A stretch of DNA of 63,138 bases, filler included, from Rhabdomonas costata (lineage: Eukaryota), in the NCBI GenBank assembly GCA_019059605.1. It is 31 parts of 31 records of this genome, joined end to end, with 100 filler letters (N's around TTAATTAATTAA, not from the genome) between each part and the next. Parts side by side here need not be neighbours in the genome. Positions count along the whole stretch, not along the records: positions 61,201 to 63,138 come from JAHMHO010007178.1; 30 more parts are not named here. One strand, given 5' to 3'. Both the position numbers and the translations under genes were made by a program. The notes beneath the pieces were generated by a model. The model did no database searches and was not told where the DNA came from. It saw nothing but the letters and a program-made list of their open reading frames with translations. This document shows, piece after piece, positions 63,075 to 63,138 of the stretch; within the stretch, counting starts at the first letter, position 1; each line of letters begins with the position of its first letter.

Positions 63075-63138
<64 letters not shown>
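63015..63138 (+). mobile_element. LINE/SINE-like 3' end: stem-loop (63015-63063) followed by a (TTA)~20 tail (63077-63138)
   Basis: gagaaccgacct/gggtcagttctc and ctgccct/ggggcag pair around an 8-nt loop, 13 nt upstream of a pure trinucleotide tail. Confidence 0.5.

Overview
This window is not contiguous DNA. It is 31 unrelated contigs of about 1.94 kb joined by 30 artificial 100-nt linkers (N44-TTAATTAATTAA-N44, stops in all six frames). The DNA is eukaryotic and intron-rich, with GC3-rich exons, GT(GC)-AG introns mostly a few hundred bp long, and CA/GT microsatellites. It comes from a flagellated protist (CFAP300, AK7). The GT-R-Y-G-Y donor consensus and a CRE/SLACS-like retroelement hint at a euglenozoan, but this is inference only. 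Contig ends carry G/T-only primer remnants and fold-back chimeras typical of single-cell whole-genome amplification. The ORF track is mostly uninformative, so genes were rebuilt by hand-splicing. They include a SAM methyltransferase, a Ser/Thr kinase, an EF-hand protein, CFAP300, an IPT/TIG-repeat surface protein, MRH-, C2- and PHD-like domain proteins, a hybrid histidine kinase, a Cys-rich GCC2/GCC3-repeat protein, an IBR-type ligase, an OTU deubiquitinase, a GH47 mannosidase, AK7 and thioredoxin. The most notable findings are: a 2A/StopGo-like peptide (WERDLSVDGDVHKNPGP) heading a decayed non-LTR retroelement; a decayed CRE/SLACS-type reverse transcriptase; an intronless protein resembling phage tail-fibre/C1q-like domains; a LINE/SINE-like 3' stem-loop plus (TTA)n tail; probable GC-AG introns; and one in-frame TAG inside an exon-like block. 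No rRNA, tRNA or CRISPR array was recognised.
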